Below, in pieces: positions 25,700-38,891 of a DNA stretch of 64,000 bases. The notes beneath the pieces were generated by a model. It did not search any database. It was not told where the DNA came from and saw nothing but the letters and a program-made list of their open reading frames with translations. Numbering within the stretch: the stretch's first letter is position 1; each line of letters opens with the position of its first letter. The position numbers and the translations under genes were made by a program. Source of the DNA: Octopus sinensis (Eukaryota); the NCBI RefSeq assembly GCF_006345805.1, contig NC_043020.1, positions 17,360,001 to 17,424,000 on the forward strand. Reading direction: 5' to 3'.

Positions 25700-26696
25700 C
25701 CTTAAATGATGAAACCTCAGCAGCATTTGAACTCAGAACATAAAGAGTTGGAAGAAATGCCCTTAAGCACTTTGTCTGGTGTGCTAACAATTCTGCCACC
25801 TCACTGCAGTAAGGATTGACTATCAATAATGTAATTGTTCAGTTTAAGGTGGTGATCTGACAGAACTGTTTGCACACCAGGCAAAATGCTTAGCAACATT
25901 TCATTCTGGGTTCAAATTCCGCTATGGTCAGCTTTGCCTTTCATTCTTTCAGGGTCAATAAAATAAGGTGAAGCAGAGTACTGAGGTCAATGTAATTGAC
26001 TTACCCACTCACCTGATATTGCTGGCCTTGTGCCAAAATTTGAAACCGATATTTAAGAACTGGTAGTGAACAAAGGCGGCAAGCTGGCAGAATCGTTAGC
26101 ACATCGGGCGAAATGTTTAGTGGTATTTCGTCTGTCTTTACATTCTGAGTTCAAATTCTGTTGAAGTTGACTTTGCCTTTCATCCTTTCAGGGCCGATAC
26201 AATAAGTATCAGCTGAGTTCTGGGGTCAATCTAATCAACTTAGCAAGCAACAGAAGCAAGCTGGCAGAATCGTTAGCATGCCATGCAAAATGCTTAGCAG
26301 CATTTCATTCATTTTTACATTCTGAGTACCAGCTGAGTACCAACTGAGTACTGGGGTCAATTTAATTGACTTACCCTCTCCCCTGGTATTGCTGGCCTTG
26401 TGCCAAAATTTGAAACCAATTCTGTAGTTGTTCAATCATCATTGTTTTGATATCCAATATTTTGAGCTTTATAAATGGGTCAGACCAAATTCATTCAGAC
26501 AGGTTTTCTATGACCACATGCTCTTTCTGCCACCGACCCTCACTTTGTTTCCAAGCAAGCTAATATTTCTCCTTGTCCTTTGAACAGCACAATGGCTGGA
26601 TATGTCTTCATGAGCAGTTGTAAGCAAATGACGCCCTTTTTACAATAGGAAGTTTGTTTACAATTAGCATCCAGTGCCAAGACAAAGTGTCACACA

Positions 26697-26779
<83 letters not shown>

Positions 26780-27119
26780 TACACAATGGGCTTCTTTCAG
26801 TTTCCAACTCCCAAATCTTTTCAAAGGGGATTTGACTTCTCTGGTGCTGCAACAAACGACACTCAACAAAGTTATGCTCGGGACACAAACCCCTTAACCA
26901 CACAGCCATTCATGTACTTATTACTCATTGATGACCCAGTGTTGATGTTAGGGAGGGCATCCAGCTGCAGAACCCATGCCAAAGCAGATACTGGAACCTG
27001 GCTCCACCATCTGGTTTGTCTATTCATGATGAACCTTCTAACCCATGCCAACACAGAAAAAGTGACATTAAATAATGATGATTATATGTGTGTATTATAA
27101 TAATAATAATAATAATAAT

Positions 27120-27375
27120 AATTGTGTACAGTGCTCAGGTGCACTACAACTCATCTAAAGTGTATATATAATCAGGTGTAGTTTCGGCGGATTTCGGAAA
27201 GCATGAGGGCCTTAAAGGATGCAGTGTCATGGCAGTCAACAACTGACGCAGGCAGTTTATTCCATGCTTCAGCAACTCTGAGCGCGAAAAAATGTTTCCA
27301 AAAGTCATGGGAGCTGTATTGTTTTCTGACTTTGTAGGCATGTCCACGTGTGTTAGACACATGGAGATCAAAAAG
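27120..27375 (-). pseudogene. CR1-type LINE 3' fragment
   Basis: NTRGHAYKVRKQYSSHDFWKHFFALRVAEAWNKLP followed by the GTGCACCTGAGCACTGTA tail and (ATT)n. Confidence 0.85.
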
Positions 27376-27453
27376 GTATGTGTTTGTGTGTGTGTGCATG
27401 TATGTATGTATGTATGTGTGTGTATGTGTGTGTGAGTGTGTGTGTGTGTGTGT

Positions 27454-27489
<36 letters not shown>

Positions 27490-27579
27490 GGTACAGATGT
27501 GACTACATATGTGTATGTGTGTGCATGTCTATGTGTTATATATGTGTATATATATACAAAGATTATTATAATTATAAAC

Positions 27580-27741
27580 ATAATTATAATTAGGGTTTAG
27601 CAAAATTGCTTCACTACATACCGAAATTTAGAAATAGCAGTTAAATACTATTCTACTACCATAGTAGAATAATATTTAACTGCTATTTCTTAATTTTGGT
27701 TATGAGGTGAAGCAATTTTGCTAAACCCTAATTATAATTAT
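27580..27741. repeat. AT-rich palindrome, about 80-bp arms
   Basis: Left arm TAGGGTTTAGCAAAATTGCTTCAC... is mirrored by ...GTGAAGCAATTTTGCTAAACCCTA. Confidence 0.85.
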
Positions 27742-28059
27742 GATTATAATTATAATAATCTTTGCATAAGTTTACCGATAATGGTTCTTTTAACAAACTG
27801 AACTTCTCGGTAAGATTATAAATTATAAATTGATTAATTAATTTTACCCACATATATATATATATATATATGTTTATACTCTTTTACTTGTTTCAGTCAT
27901 TTGACTGCGGCCATGCTGGAGCACCCAGGACTTATTCTTTGTAAGCCCAGTACTTATTCTATCGGTCCCTTTTGCCGAACTGCTAAGTCACGGGGACATA
28001 AACACACCAGCATCGGTTGTCAAGCAATGCTAGGGGAACAAACACAGACACACACAAAC

Positions 28060-28135
<76 letters not shown>

Positions 28136-28145
28136 TATATATATA

Positions 28146-28180
<35 letters not shown>

Positions 28181-29213
28181 CGACAGGCTTCTTTCAGTTT
28201 CCGTCTACCAAATCCACTCACAAGGCATTGGTCAGCCTGGGGCTATAGCAGAGGACACTTGCCCAAGCTGCCACGCAGTGGGACTGAACCCAGAACCATG
28301 TTGGGCTTCTTTTAATTTCCATCTACCAAATTATTCATCCATAAGCTTTTGTTTGGTCAACCCAGGCCAAGGTTATAGAAGAAGACACTCACTTGCCAAA
28401 GGTGCTACCCAGTGGCACAGAACCTGGAACCATGTGGTTGGGAAACAAACTTCTTACCACGCAACCACAATATATTTCTTTACTACCCATGAGGGGCTAA
28501 ACACAGAGGGGACAAACAAGGACAGACAAACGGATTAAGCCGATTACATCGACATTAGCACGTAACTGGTACTTAATTTATTGACCCCGAAAGGATGAAA
28601 GGCAAAGTCGACCTCAGCAGAATTTGAACTATTTCTTTACTACCCACAAGGGGCTAAACACAAAGGGGACAAACAAGGAAAGACAAACGGATTAAGCTGA
28701 TTACATCGGACCCAGTGCATAACTGGTACTTAATTTATTGACCTCGAAAGGATGAAAGGCAAAGTCGACCTCAGCAGAATTTGAACTCAGAACGTAATGG
28801 CAGATGAAATACAGCTACGCATTTTGCCCGATGTGCTAACGTTTCTGCCAGCTCGCCGCCCTCTACACAGCCACAATAACAACCCAAAATTCATATACAG
28901 ACATGTAGAACCATTCAATGATGATCCAATAACAATAACTAAAACTAGCTTACTGATCAGAGAGAAAGTGTCACATGTTCAACACAACCTTTGAACCACT
29001 TACATTTCTTGTCAGCAAAACTGATATGAAAATTTGGGTGAAGTGAATGGGTTATGGTGAGGAGGTTAGTGAACATACACACAACTGATGAACTATATTT
29101 AAGTACGAGGGTCAAGTAAGTGTGTTTGTGAGTATTAGTGTATTCTTGAGGCGAGAGAGAGAGATAAAGAAAAGAATCAGGTAATCACGTTTCATGTTGT
29201 TTATACAAGTAGG

Positions 29214-29870
29214 TAGGGGTGCTGAAAAGTTCCTGGCTTTAAGGGTATCATGAAGGGCATAAGGCGGTGAGCTGGGCTGGCAGAAACGTTAGCACGCGGG
29301 GGCGAAATGCGTAGCTGTATTTTGTATGCCATTACGTTCTGAGTTCAAATTCCACCGAGGTCGACTTTGCCTTTCATCCTTTCGGGGTCGATTAAATGAG
29401 TACCAGTTACGCATTGGAGTCGATATAATCGACTTAATCCATTTGTCTGTCCTTGTTTGTCCTCTCTGTGTTTAGCCCTTTGTGGGTAGTAAAGATAAAG
29501 GTATTTCGTCTGCCGTTACGTTCTGAGTTCAAATTCCGCCGAGGTCGACTTTGCCTTTTATCCTTTCGGGGTCGATTAAATAAGTACCAGTTACGCATTG
29601 AAGTCGATATAATTGTCTTAATCCGTTTGTGTGTCCTTGTTTGTCCTCTCTATGTTTAGCCCCTTGTGGGTAGTAAAGAAATAGGTATCATGAAAGGCCT
29701 GACTGGAGGCTCAACCTTCCAAGTTCTTGTACAGGGCTGAGAAAAACTGAAGGACTGCTGCAATAAGTGTGTGAATCTGAGAGGGGAATATGTTGTATGA
29801 AATCCTAATTAACTGAACCTCCTGTATTTTCTTTTACCCAAAACCAGTAACTTTTCAGTGTTCCCTCATA
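29214..29870. mobile_element. Mariner-derived MITE containing a nested SINE B dimer (29261-29683)
   Basis: TIR GGGGTGCTGAAAAGTTCCTGG with a degenerate inverse at about 29845-29868. The SINE is flanked by GGTATCATGAA(G/A)GGC. Confidence 0.8.
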
Positions 29871-30419
29871 TTCAAGCCTCTCTGAGTAAGCGTTTCTCTT
29901 TAACTCTTTATGTATGCAGCCATAAGTATTTGTGCAATCAAATATGAGAATGTAAGTACGTGTTATACATAGATATCATGCACACTTTGTAGAACAAGTT
30001 CAAACAATGCCAGTCATGTTCAGTCAAATGATTGCCCTTGACATATTTAAACTCTTTGCAATGGCTTCAAACATCAAGGCATTGTACAAGGTGCTTTCCA
30101 GAAGTTTTAGACTTTTTGAGAGAGACATCTCTCTCTCTCTCTCTTTCGGAGAGGCACTTAGCACCTACACACACACATACACACATGGCAGTAACTTTTG
30201 CCTACCAAATTCAATCACAAAGCTTCGGTCGGCTCGGAGCTATAGCAGAAGACACCTACCCAAAGTGCCACACAGTGGGACTGAACCTGAAACCATGTAG
30301 CTAGGAAGCAAGCTCCCTAACCACACAGCCATGCCCGCGCCTACATCTATTAATTCAAATTAAATTCAAAGAAGTCCAAAGCTCTAATCTACTTCATAGC
30401 AAGATCTTCTGACTTCAAT

Positions 30420-31360
30420 GCACTTGCTGTAGCAGCCACTTTGTGAAAGCCCTCTTGGAAGCGCTCCAAAATGAAGGGGTCAGGATCCTTGTCACAACCT
30501 CTGTCACCTATTAATGTCTTCAAAATGATTGCCTCTGAGGGTCTTCTTCAGCTTGGGGAGCTACCAAAAGTTATAGGGAGCTAGGTCTGGCCTGTAGGGT
30601 GGGTGACAGACAGTATTGATGTCCATCTCTGTCAAGTAGTTGGCACCAGGATGGAATTGTGAACTGGTTCTTAATCCTGGTACCGATTCCACTGACCCAA
30701 GTAGAAGAGCTCTGGCCTTTTGCTGTGAATTCTCTTCCTGAACATCCTCCAAACTTCTTCAAAGTACTTTTGCTGACTGTCTTACCTGAGGGAACCCAGT
30801 AGATGTGGATGATGCCCTTGCTGTTGTAAAAGGGGATCATAATGAGCTTCACAAAGGACTTGCTTTGCCGGGTTTTCTTGGGTCTTGGAGAGCCAGGATG
30901 CTTCCATTGGGCACTTTGTTTCTTGGTCTCTGGATCATAATAGCAGATCCAGCTTTCAACATAGGTCACCAGTGACTCAAATACTCTTGGATTGGAGGTA
31001 AAAAGCTCAACCATCTCCCTGCTGTCCCCAATGCATTTTCCTTCTATCCAATACTGAGCACTCAGGGAACAAACTTTGCACAAATTTTATGTATGTTCAG
31101 ATCTTTGTGAATAATTCTGTGTACAGTTGCCACACCAACTCCAAATTGTATGGCTTTTGTTTTATAAACACATAGCAGTCTTTATCCAGAAAATCACAAA
31201 TTTTCTCAACCATTTCTGATGGCCTGATATCCCTCTCCCTCCCACACTTCTCATCACCTCCTCTATACCATCCTTGAAACTCTTGTGCCAAGGAAAAACA
31301 TGCTCAACACTTACAAGTTAATCCAGAAGCAGTCTGGAGCATTTCATAAGTGTCTCCCTG
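30420..31360 (-). pseudogene. Decayed mariner transposase
   Basis: ESWICYYDPETKKQSAQWKHPGSPRPKK and HPPYRPDLAP motifs in broken ORFs. Confidence 0.85.
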
Positions 31361-32479
31361 TTTAAGAGCAAACAATCCAAGGTTCTCTTCAGGGCCAGCA
31401 AGATTAATTGTTACCATCAGATTCGTCTTTGCTGGCAGCACCATCAGAGAGATATTCAATAGTGAATGTTCAAAGGCCCTCTTTTGGGCCAACACCTGTA
31501 AGTTGTTACTTCTATAGTCATATTTGACAGCAGTCTTTCAGTTCATTTAAACAACTACTCCATTGAGAATTATAGTGGGCAACGCCGGGTACCTCTGCTA
31601 GTAATGGAATAAAGAGGAAGTGGAGGCCTAGTACTTAGAACAGCGGACTTGCGGTCAAGGGATCGTGGGTTCGAATCTCATATCGAGCAATATGTGTGTT
31701 TATGAGCGAAACAACTAAGCCCCATGCAGCTCCAGCAGAATGTAATGGTGAACCTCTGCTGACTCTCTCGTCACAACTCTCTCTCACTCCCTCCTCCGGC
31801 ATCTAACAGCTCACCTGCAATGGACCGGCGTCCCATCCAGGTGGGGAACCTATACACCAATGAAACTGCGAAACCGGCTCTTATGAGCCAGGCATGGCTC
31901 AAGAAGGAACAAGCAACAACTTCAAGAGGAATGCTGAGATTTACCCTAATTACCTATATCATATATATATATATATATATATATTACATACTTGTTACCA
32001 CTTCAAATATTCTTGAGGCATATTCAAACCCATATTTGAACATATTTGATCAGCTGAGATTACCTTAATTACCTATATTATATATATATATATATATAGG
32101 TGCAGGAGTTGGTGTGTGGTAAGTAGCTTGCTTACCAACCACATGGTTCCAGGTTCATTCCCACTGCATGGTACCTTGGGCAAGTGTCATCTACTGTAGC
32201 CTCGGGCCGACCAAGAAGCCCATCATATATATGTATATATATATGTGTGTGTGTGTATGTTTGTGAGTCTGTGTTTGTCCCCCAAACATTGCTTGACAAC
32301 TGATATCCCCGTAACTTAGCAGTTCAGCAAAAGAGACAGATCGAATAAGTACTGGGCTTCCAAAGAATAAGTCCTGGGGTCGATTTGCTCAATTAAAGGG
32401 GGTGCTCCAGCATGGCCACAGCCAAATGACTGAAACAAGTAAAAGAGTATATATCTATATCTATCTATCTATCTATCTA

Positions 32480-32528
<49 letters not shown>

Positions 32529-32578
32529 ATATACACACACACACATACATATGTTTATTTATTTATTGTTCTCAACAG

Positions 32579-32666
32579 GTTTGATGTATCAGGAGTACAT
32601 CCTGGTTTCAAGATTAAAGGATCTTTGTCACACGCTGGACCCAGTGATGAGTTTTACTCGAAAACT
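32579..32666 (+). CDS. CIMAP2: CIMAP2/LEXM-like, coding exon 2 (G+FDVSGVHPGFKIKGSLSHAGPSDEFYSKT)
   Basis: AG at 32577-32578 after a T-rich tract; GTGAGT donor at 32667. Completes the Arg codon from exon 1; RFDVSGVHP resembles RFDISAVYP. Confidence 0.85.
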
Positions 32667-33531
32667 GTGAGTAGAATTTTTCAGTGATTCTGTAAAAGCT
32701 TACTTGACTGTGATCTCCTCATGAATATCATCTCTCTTGCATGTTAATTTAAAATTCAATAGCCAACCCGTATGCCAGAGGGAGATTTTGTATCTACTTA
32801 TTGCTTGGAACATCTTTGTTGATTGGAGTGTTTCAACTCCCTAAATTTCATATTTGTATTTAGTATATGTGCAGGCACAGCAATGGCTGTGTGGTTGAGA
32901 AGCTAGCTTCCCTGCCTTGTGGTGTTGGGTTCAGTCCCACTGCATGTCACCTTGGGCAAGTGTCTTCTACTATAACCTTGAGCTGACCAAAGCCTTGTGA
33001 GTGAATTTGGTAGATGAAAACTGAAAGAAGCTCAAGGCAAATAGCAATATGCTATATAATCAAACCAAGCAATACTGAGTTTGTTGAACAAGGTACCTTT
33101 TGAAAAGCCACCTGATGAGATACAACTACACTGAAGGATGTACCATAACTAGTTGTATAGTATCTCACCCTTAAGAGATCGATACAAAATGGATCAAAAC
33201 GATAGTTGTGATTAATAAGGAATCTCATGAATTCCATGTTCTATTTCTCACATTTGTTATCATCATCATCATCATCATCATCGTTTAACGTCCGTTCTCC
33301 ATGCTAGCATGGGTTGGACGGTTCGACCGGGGATCTGGGAAGCCAGAAGGCTGCACCAGGCTCCAGTCTGATCTGGCAGTGTTTCTACAGCTGGATGCCC
33401 TTCCTAACGCCAACCACTCCGTGAGTGTAGTGGGTGCTTTTTACGTGCCACCTGCACAGGTGCCAGGCGAGGCTGGCAACGGCCACGGTCGGATTGGTGT
33501 ATTTTATGTGCCACCGGCACGGAAGCCAGAC

Positions 33532-33563
<32 letters not shown>

Positions 33564-33569
<6 letters not shown>

Positions 33570-33580
33570 GCTTCGGCAGT

Positions 33581-33620
<40 letters not shown>

Positions 33621-33669
33621 GGCCCCTGCGCAAGGATGACACACAAATTCGTGAAGCATTCCATATTTT
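33564..33669 (+). pseudogene. U6: Full-length U6 snRNA copy, probably a retrocopy
   Basis: GTACTTGCTTCGGCAGTAC...ACAGAGAAGATTAGCATGGCCCCTGCGCAAGGATGAC...CCATATTTT with two G-to-A changes at CpG sites. No upstream unique promoter, only (AT)n. Confidence 0.95.
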
Positions 33670-34764
33670 CTTCCTAACGGTGGTGCATCAGCATGGCCGC
33701 AGCTCTGAGCTGAAACCAGAGAGAAAAAAAAAATATATATATATTTGTCTTAATAACGGTCAATCACACAGTAATTTCCCTTTGTATAACGGTCATTTTT
33801 CATAGTATTTTTCCGATGGCCGGATAACTGAAGAGATGGCGGCGTGGATTTCCATCTCGGCATCCAAACTCTGAGTTTTATCATGTCTACTGAATAATTG
33901 TCACATATTATATTTACAAATAAATTCGTCTATTTACATAATATTGAGGTCTCTTTCATTCTTTTGTTGTCTTACCATTTTTATCAATATATCATCATCA
34001 TCATCGTCGTCGTCGTTTAGCATCCGCTTTCCATGCTAGCATGGGTTGGACGGTTCAACTGGGGTCTGGGAAGCCAGAAGGCTACACCAGGCCCAGTCTG
34101 ATCTGGCAATGTTTCAACGGCTGGATGCCCTTCCTAATGCCAACCACTCCGTGAGTGAAGTGGGTGCTTTTATGTGCCACCAGCACAGGTGCCAGACGAG
34201 GCTGGCAAACGGCCACGATCGGATCGTGCTTTTTACGTGCCATCACATATATATATAATTTAGAGAAAGACCTCTATTAAACAATTCAATAAAGAAAGAC
34301 GTTATTCACACCATATAGAAAACATATACTAAAAGAACCTTATTCTAAAAATCAATAAAGTACAATAAATAGTAAATAGTAGTAAAAAGACTACACACGT
34401 TTCATGGCTACATTATCAAATAGATAATAATAATAAAATCAATATATATATATTAGAGGGAAAAGGACAACAAAACCAAAGCAGGATAAGTGTCTCAAGT
34501 CATTTAGAATATTTGATTAGAGTAAGGGGAATTTGAAGTAATTAATTAACTAATTATTGGATGTCTTACAGCTGTTTCTGGGATATCCTAAGTGATATTC
34601 TGGGATATCTTTTTTCCTCTAATATATAATCGCTAACTCAGCAGCCTGCTATGGATCCCTGGTTCCAGCCTCAGCTGTGAACTTGGAGCCTGACATGACC
34701 AATTATAGCACTTTCACAGCATACCTATTCATTTAGATCACCAGTGAACTAAACCCTATATATT

Positions 34765-34808
<44 letters not shown>

Positions 34809-35670
34809 ACCGACCAGGTTATCAGATGTTGCTATACATCGCTGGTCACAATGCGCTTCATATTGTTTTAGCCTCCAAATGGCTAAGTGAACAGGCCAAC
34901 AGAAAGAGTGAGAGAAAGTTGCGAAAGAGTACAGCAGGGATCGCCACCATCCCCTGTTGGAGCCTCGTAGAGCTTTAAGGTGTTTTCGCTCAATAAACAC
35001 TCACAACGTGCAGTCTGGGAATCGAAACTGCGATCCTACGACCACGAGTCCACTGCCCTAACCACTGGGCCATTGCGCCTCCATATATATATATATATAT
35101 CCCAAAATTAAGGAACTGAGTAGACAAAATCCAGGCTACATATACCTCATTGGTAGCAGAATCCCAGAAGTAGTTATCATCCAAACAAGGGGTAGACCAC
35201 AAGCTACTCTTCAAGACAAGAATATCTTGATTATATTTATACATTGTCATTAGAAGATTGTGTATTAACTCGCGGGAGATTCAACTGAAATATGAAGATG
35301 GGAAATAAGTAAGTAAATATAACTTTACTTTAATCCCGAAATGCTTATGTAGCTAATCTGAGTCGTGTAGATTCGTTATTTTTTTCTTTTTGCCTACGTA
35401 AAAAAGTGTTACTGTCTGGGAGATCTTTACGGTAGTAGAAAAGGCATTTTAATTCTTGTTTCTAAATTCGGTGCGTGGCGAAGCAATTAGCTGACCCCCA
35501 ATTATAATTATGTTTATAATTATAGAATATTTGTATGATTTTACCTAAAAAGGTTATTTTAACCAAACAAACTACTTGGTAAAATTATTAATTATTAATT
35601 AATTAATTAATTAATTTTACCCTTTTATTATTATTGAAATATATACATATACATATACACATATATATAT

Positions 35671-35708
<38 letters not shown>

Positions 35709-35774
35709 CGCACACGCACACACACATACACACACACACATATAATCTCTCTGTCTCTTTCTCTCTCTCTACAG

Positions 35775-35945
35775 AGTACTCTTGGACCAGGATACTATGA
35801 AGACAGTAGCAGTTGTTTCAGTGAGCTTAGCATGATGAAGAAAGCCAAGGCTAGCCCAGGGTGGGCTCGAGCAATTTTTGTTGAGACACAGTCCAAACTT
35901 CCACCCATACTTTACAAAGAAGAATGGCTTCAAAAACAATTGCAG
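35775..35945 (+). CDS. CIMAP2: CIMAP2/LEXM-like, coding exon 3 (STLGPGYYE...PGWARAIF...QKQLQ)
   Basis: Acceptor after (CT)n, phase 0-0, 57 codons. GPGYY repeat and GWARA motif (LEXM GWAKA). Donor GTCTTT is weak. Confidence 0.85.
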
Positions 35946-35984
35946 GTCTTTGGAGAACACTTTCATTGTTTTATATTGTCACCA

Positions 35985-36830
35985 CCACCAACAACAACAA
36001 CAACAACAACACCACTACTACCCTCACTGCCACCACCACCATCATAGCCACCAATAACAACACTGCTACCAACACCACCACCACCACCATCATCACCACC
36101 TCCACCAACGCCACCACCATCACCACCACTAACACCACCAACAGCACCACTAACAAAATGCTACCAACACCAACATCACCAATGCCACTACCACCACCAT
36201 CAACACCATCACCATCACCACCATCAGTGCCACAAACAGCAGCATCACCAACAACAACACTGCTATCAACATTACTGCCACCACCACCACCACCACCAAC
36301 CTCACCACCATCACCACCACCAACACCACCAACAGCAGCAGCACCACTAAACAAACTGCCACCATCATCACTATCATCAACACCATCACCATCACCAGTG
36401 CCACCAATAGCAACACCACCAACAACACTGCTACCAACACCACTGTCAGCACCACCACCAATGCCAACAACACCATTACTACCACCACCTCCATCAACAC
36501 CACCAACACCACCACCACCACCACTTGGGACCAAAAACACCATTATAACTACTACCACCTCCACCACCACAACCATGACCAACAACAACAGCAACACCAA
36601 TACTGCCGCCACCACTGCCAATACCAGAACCAACACCACTCACCATCACCACCACCCCACTACTAACACCACAAACAGCAACAACAACAATGCCAATACC
36701 ACACTCCACTGTACCACCACCACACACCACCACACATCACCATTGCCACAACCCCCCCCCATAAATACCACCACCACCACCATCACAATTACTGTCATTG
36801 GTATCATTGATACCACAACCACCATCACTG
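35985..36830 (+). repeat. Degenerate (CAC/CAA/CAT)n low-complexity tract
   Basis: Trinucleotide mosaic that produces the spurious Thr/Pro and Val/Gly ORFs. Confidence 0.9.
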
Positions 36831-37757
36831 TAGGGGCGGCGAGTTGGCAGAAACGTTAGCATGCCGGGCGAAATGCGTAGCCGTATTTCGCCTGCCGTTA
36901 CATTCTGAGTTCAAATTCCGCCGAGGTCGACTTTGCCTTTCATCCTTTCAGGGTCGATAAATTAAGTACCAGTTATGCACTTGGTCGATGTAATCGACTT
37001 AATCCATTTGTCTGTCCTTGTTTGTCCCCTCAGTGTTTAGCCCCTTGTGGGTAGTAAAGAAATAGGTATTTCATCTGCCATTATGTTCTGAGGTCGACTT
37101 TGCCTTTCATCCTTTTGGGGTCGATAAATTAAGTGTTTAGCCCCTTGTGGGTAGTAAAGAAATAACTGTAGTAGCAGTTGGTGGCAGAGATATCCTTGTC
37201 ATCATTGCTATCATCAGCCATCGTTGTCATCATCATCACCATCTTCACACCATGTTCAACAACATAAAGTGTTTATTTTCTGAGTTTGTTGTTTGAGCAG
37301 CTGGAGTGCTTGCTGCTCTGCCCTAGCCCTAGCACTGTGTCAACTGTGTATGTGTGTGCATGCGTGTGTGTGTGTGTGTGTGTGGCCCAAGATAGTGTGT
37401 TTGGCAGAATCAAAGGAGCATTAAATGTAACGTTTTGCTCTATTTGTTCTACTTTCTACTTTCTACTTTCTATGCTCAAATTCTGCGAAGGTCAACTTTG
37501 CCCCGTAAAAGGTTCAGGTTCCGTAAAAGAGACAGATAGTGTAAGTTGCCAGACTTAAAATAAATAAGTAGTGGCATCGATTCATTCCACTAAACATTCC
37601 TCAAGGTGGTTGCCCCATCGTGGCTGCTGTTAAATGGCTGAAACGAGTAAAAGAATTAACAAAGATATTGTGGACCCTTTTTTCCTTCCATTATTAAGTA
37701 GTGATAACTATTCCAATATTCCTCTAAAAATGGATTTTCTTCTCACATTTCTCATAG

Positions 37758-37880
37758 GAACGAAGCAGAGGACCTGGCACTTACAATCCAAAAGATTTCA
37801 TTAACATTTTGGCAGCAAAACCAACCAGTGTCCGTGGTATATGTCATTCCAGTGATAATAGATTCAAATCATCAACACAG
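37758..37880 (+). CDS. CIMAP2: CIMAP2/LEXM-like, coding exon 4 (ERSRGPGTYNPKDFINILAAKPTSVRGICHSSDNRFKSSTQ)
   Basis: AG/GT boundaries, phase 0-0. Resembles LEXM GPGSYNLKDF..KPCSTRGL...RF. Confidence 0.9.
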
Positions 37881-38188
37881 GTAAGATTTAGTATTATATT
37901 GATCCTATGACACAAGAAGACATTATGATGATGGTTGTGACATAAAGAACTTGGCACCTAATGTATATGTCTTTGCTTTCTCCTTGTCTCTCTTTTTTTA
38001 AATTTAAGTATATTGATTCCAGAACTTATATCGGGTAAAATGTACACTACATATGTTTCTTATCTAGCTGAAGCTTTTAATGTAATAGTTATGCAACTAG
38101 CTGTGCACAATGTAACTAATCACCAGGCTGAGATTAACAGTCTGTATTCATCTAGTGACTGAGTTAACGGAGACAGGGATGTACACAT

Positions 38189-38311
<123 letters not shown>

Positions 38312-38529
38312 CGACGGATATCACATAAGGCTAGGGATGGGAGCAACGACCTGACCTCACAAATACTAATCAGACACATTGTCTGTTGTTAGCCTGCTGG
38401 AGGAGCTATCTTCCTGAGGCTTTAAATGCCAGTAGCACTGTCCTGTATAGGACGCCACACTTGGTTGGCAATTATATGTTACAATTCCATATTGCTACTG
38501 TTTACATCTCACTCAGAGATTTAATAAAG

Positions 38530-38574
<45 letters not shown>

Positions 38575-38781
38575 TATATATATATAGATATAATACTACA
38601 AAATTAGAAAATGGAGAAACATACTTAAATCAATAAAACATCAACTAACAGATGATACCCAATCAATACTTTATTACACCATTACATATCAGTAAAGGCA
38701 TTATACAAAATATATAGTAAATATAAATAGACAAGGAAATAGAATAATAAAATATAAAATATAATATGTAATTATATCATA

Positions 38782-38891
38782 TCTGACAGCTGCTTCGGCA
38801 GTAAGGGCAGTCATACCTCATTTAACCTATAAGCCATAAAGGCAGGTATAAATGAGGCATTAACAAGGATGCCCCACGGCCTCTTCAGAGA
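38782..38891 (-). ncRNA. Degenerate hammerhead-like motif in a Penelope-like fragment
   Basis: TCT-CTGAAGA-GGC[long hairpin]GCC-GAAG-CAGCTG-TC-AGA; the A15.1 position is G. Confidence 0.45.

Noticed and set aside
33564-33669. Active U6 gene
   Set aside because: No upstream unique sequence for a PSE, CpG-type substitutions, and a retro-type tail with poly(A); activity is not strictly excluded.
34545-34625. Hammerhead at GAAACAGCTGTAAGAC (minus strand)
   Set aside because: The 3' half is typical of Penelope motifs but no intact CTGANGA core is found upstream.
35295-35350. Hammerhead-like ATGAAGA...GGGA/TCCC-GAAA
   Set aside because: C3 is lost and there is no convincing P1 or helix III; too degenerate.
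35924-36859. 311-aa Thr/Pro-rich ORF and antisense Val/Gly ORFs as mucin-like genes
   Set aside because: Products of a trinucleotide low-complexity tract inside an intron; no splice or homology support.
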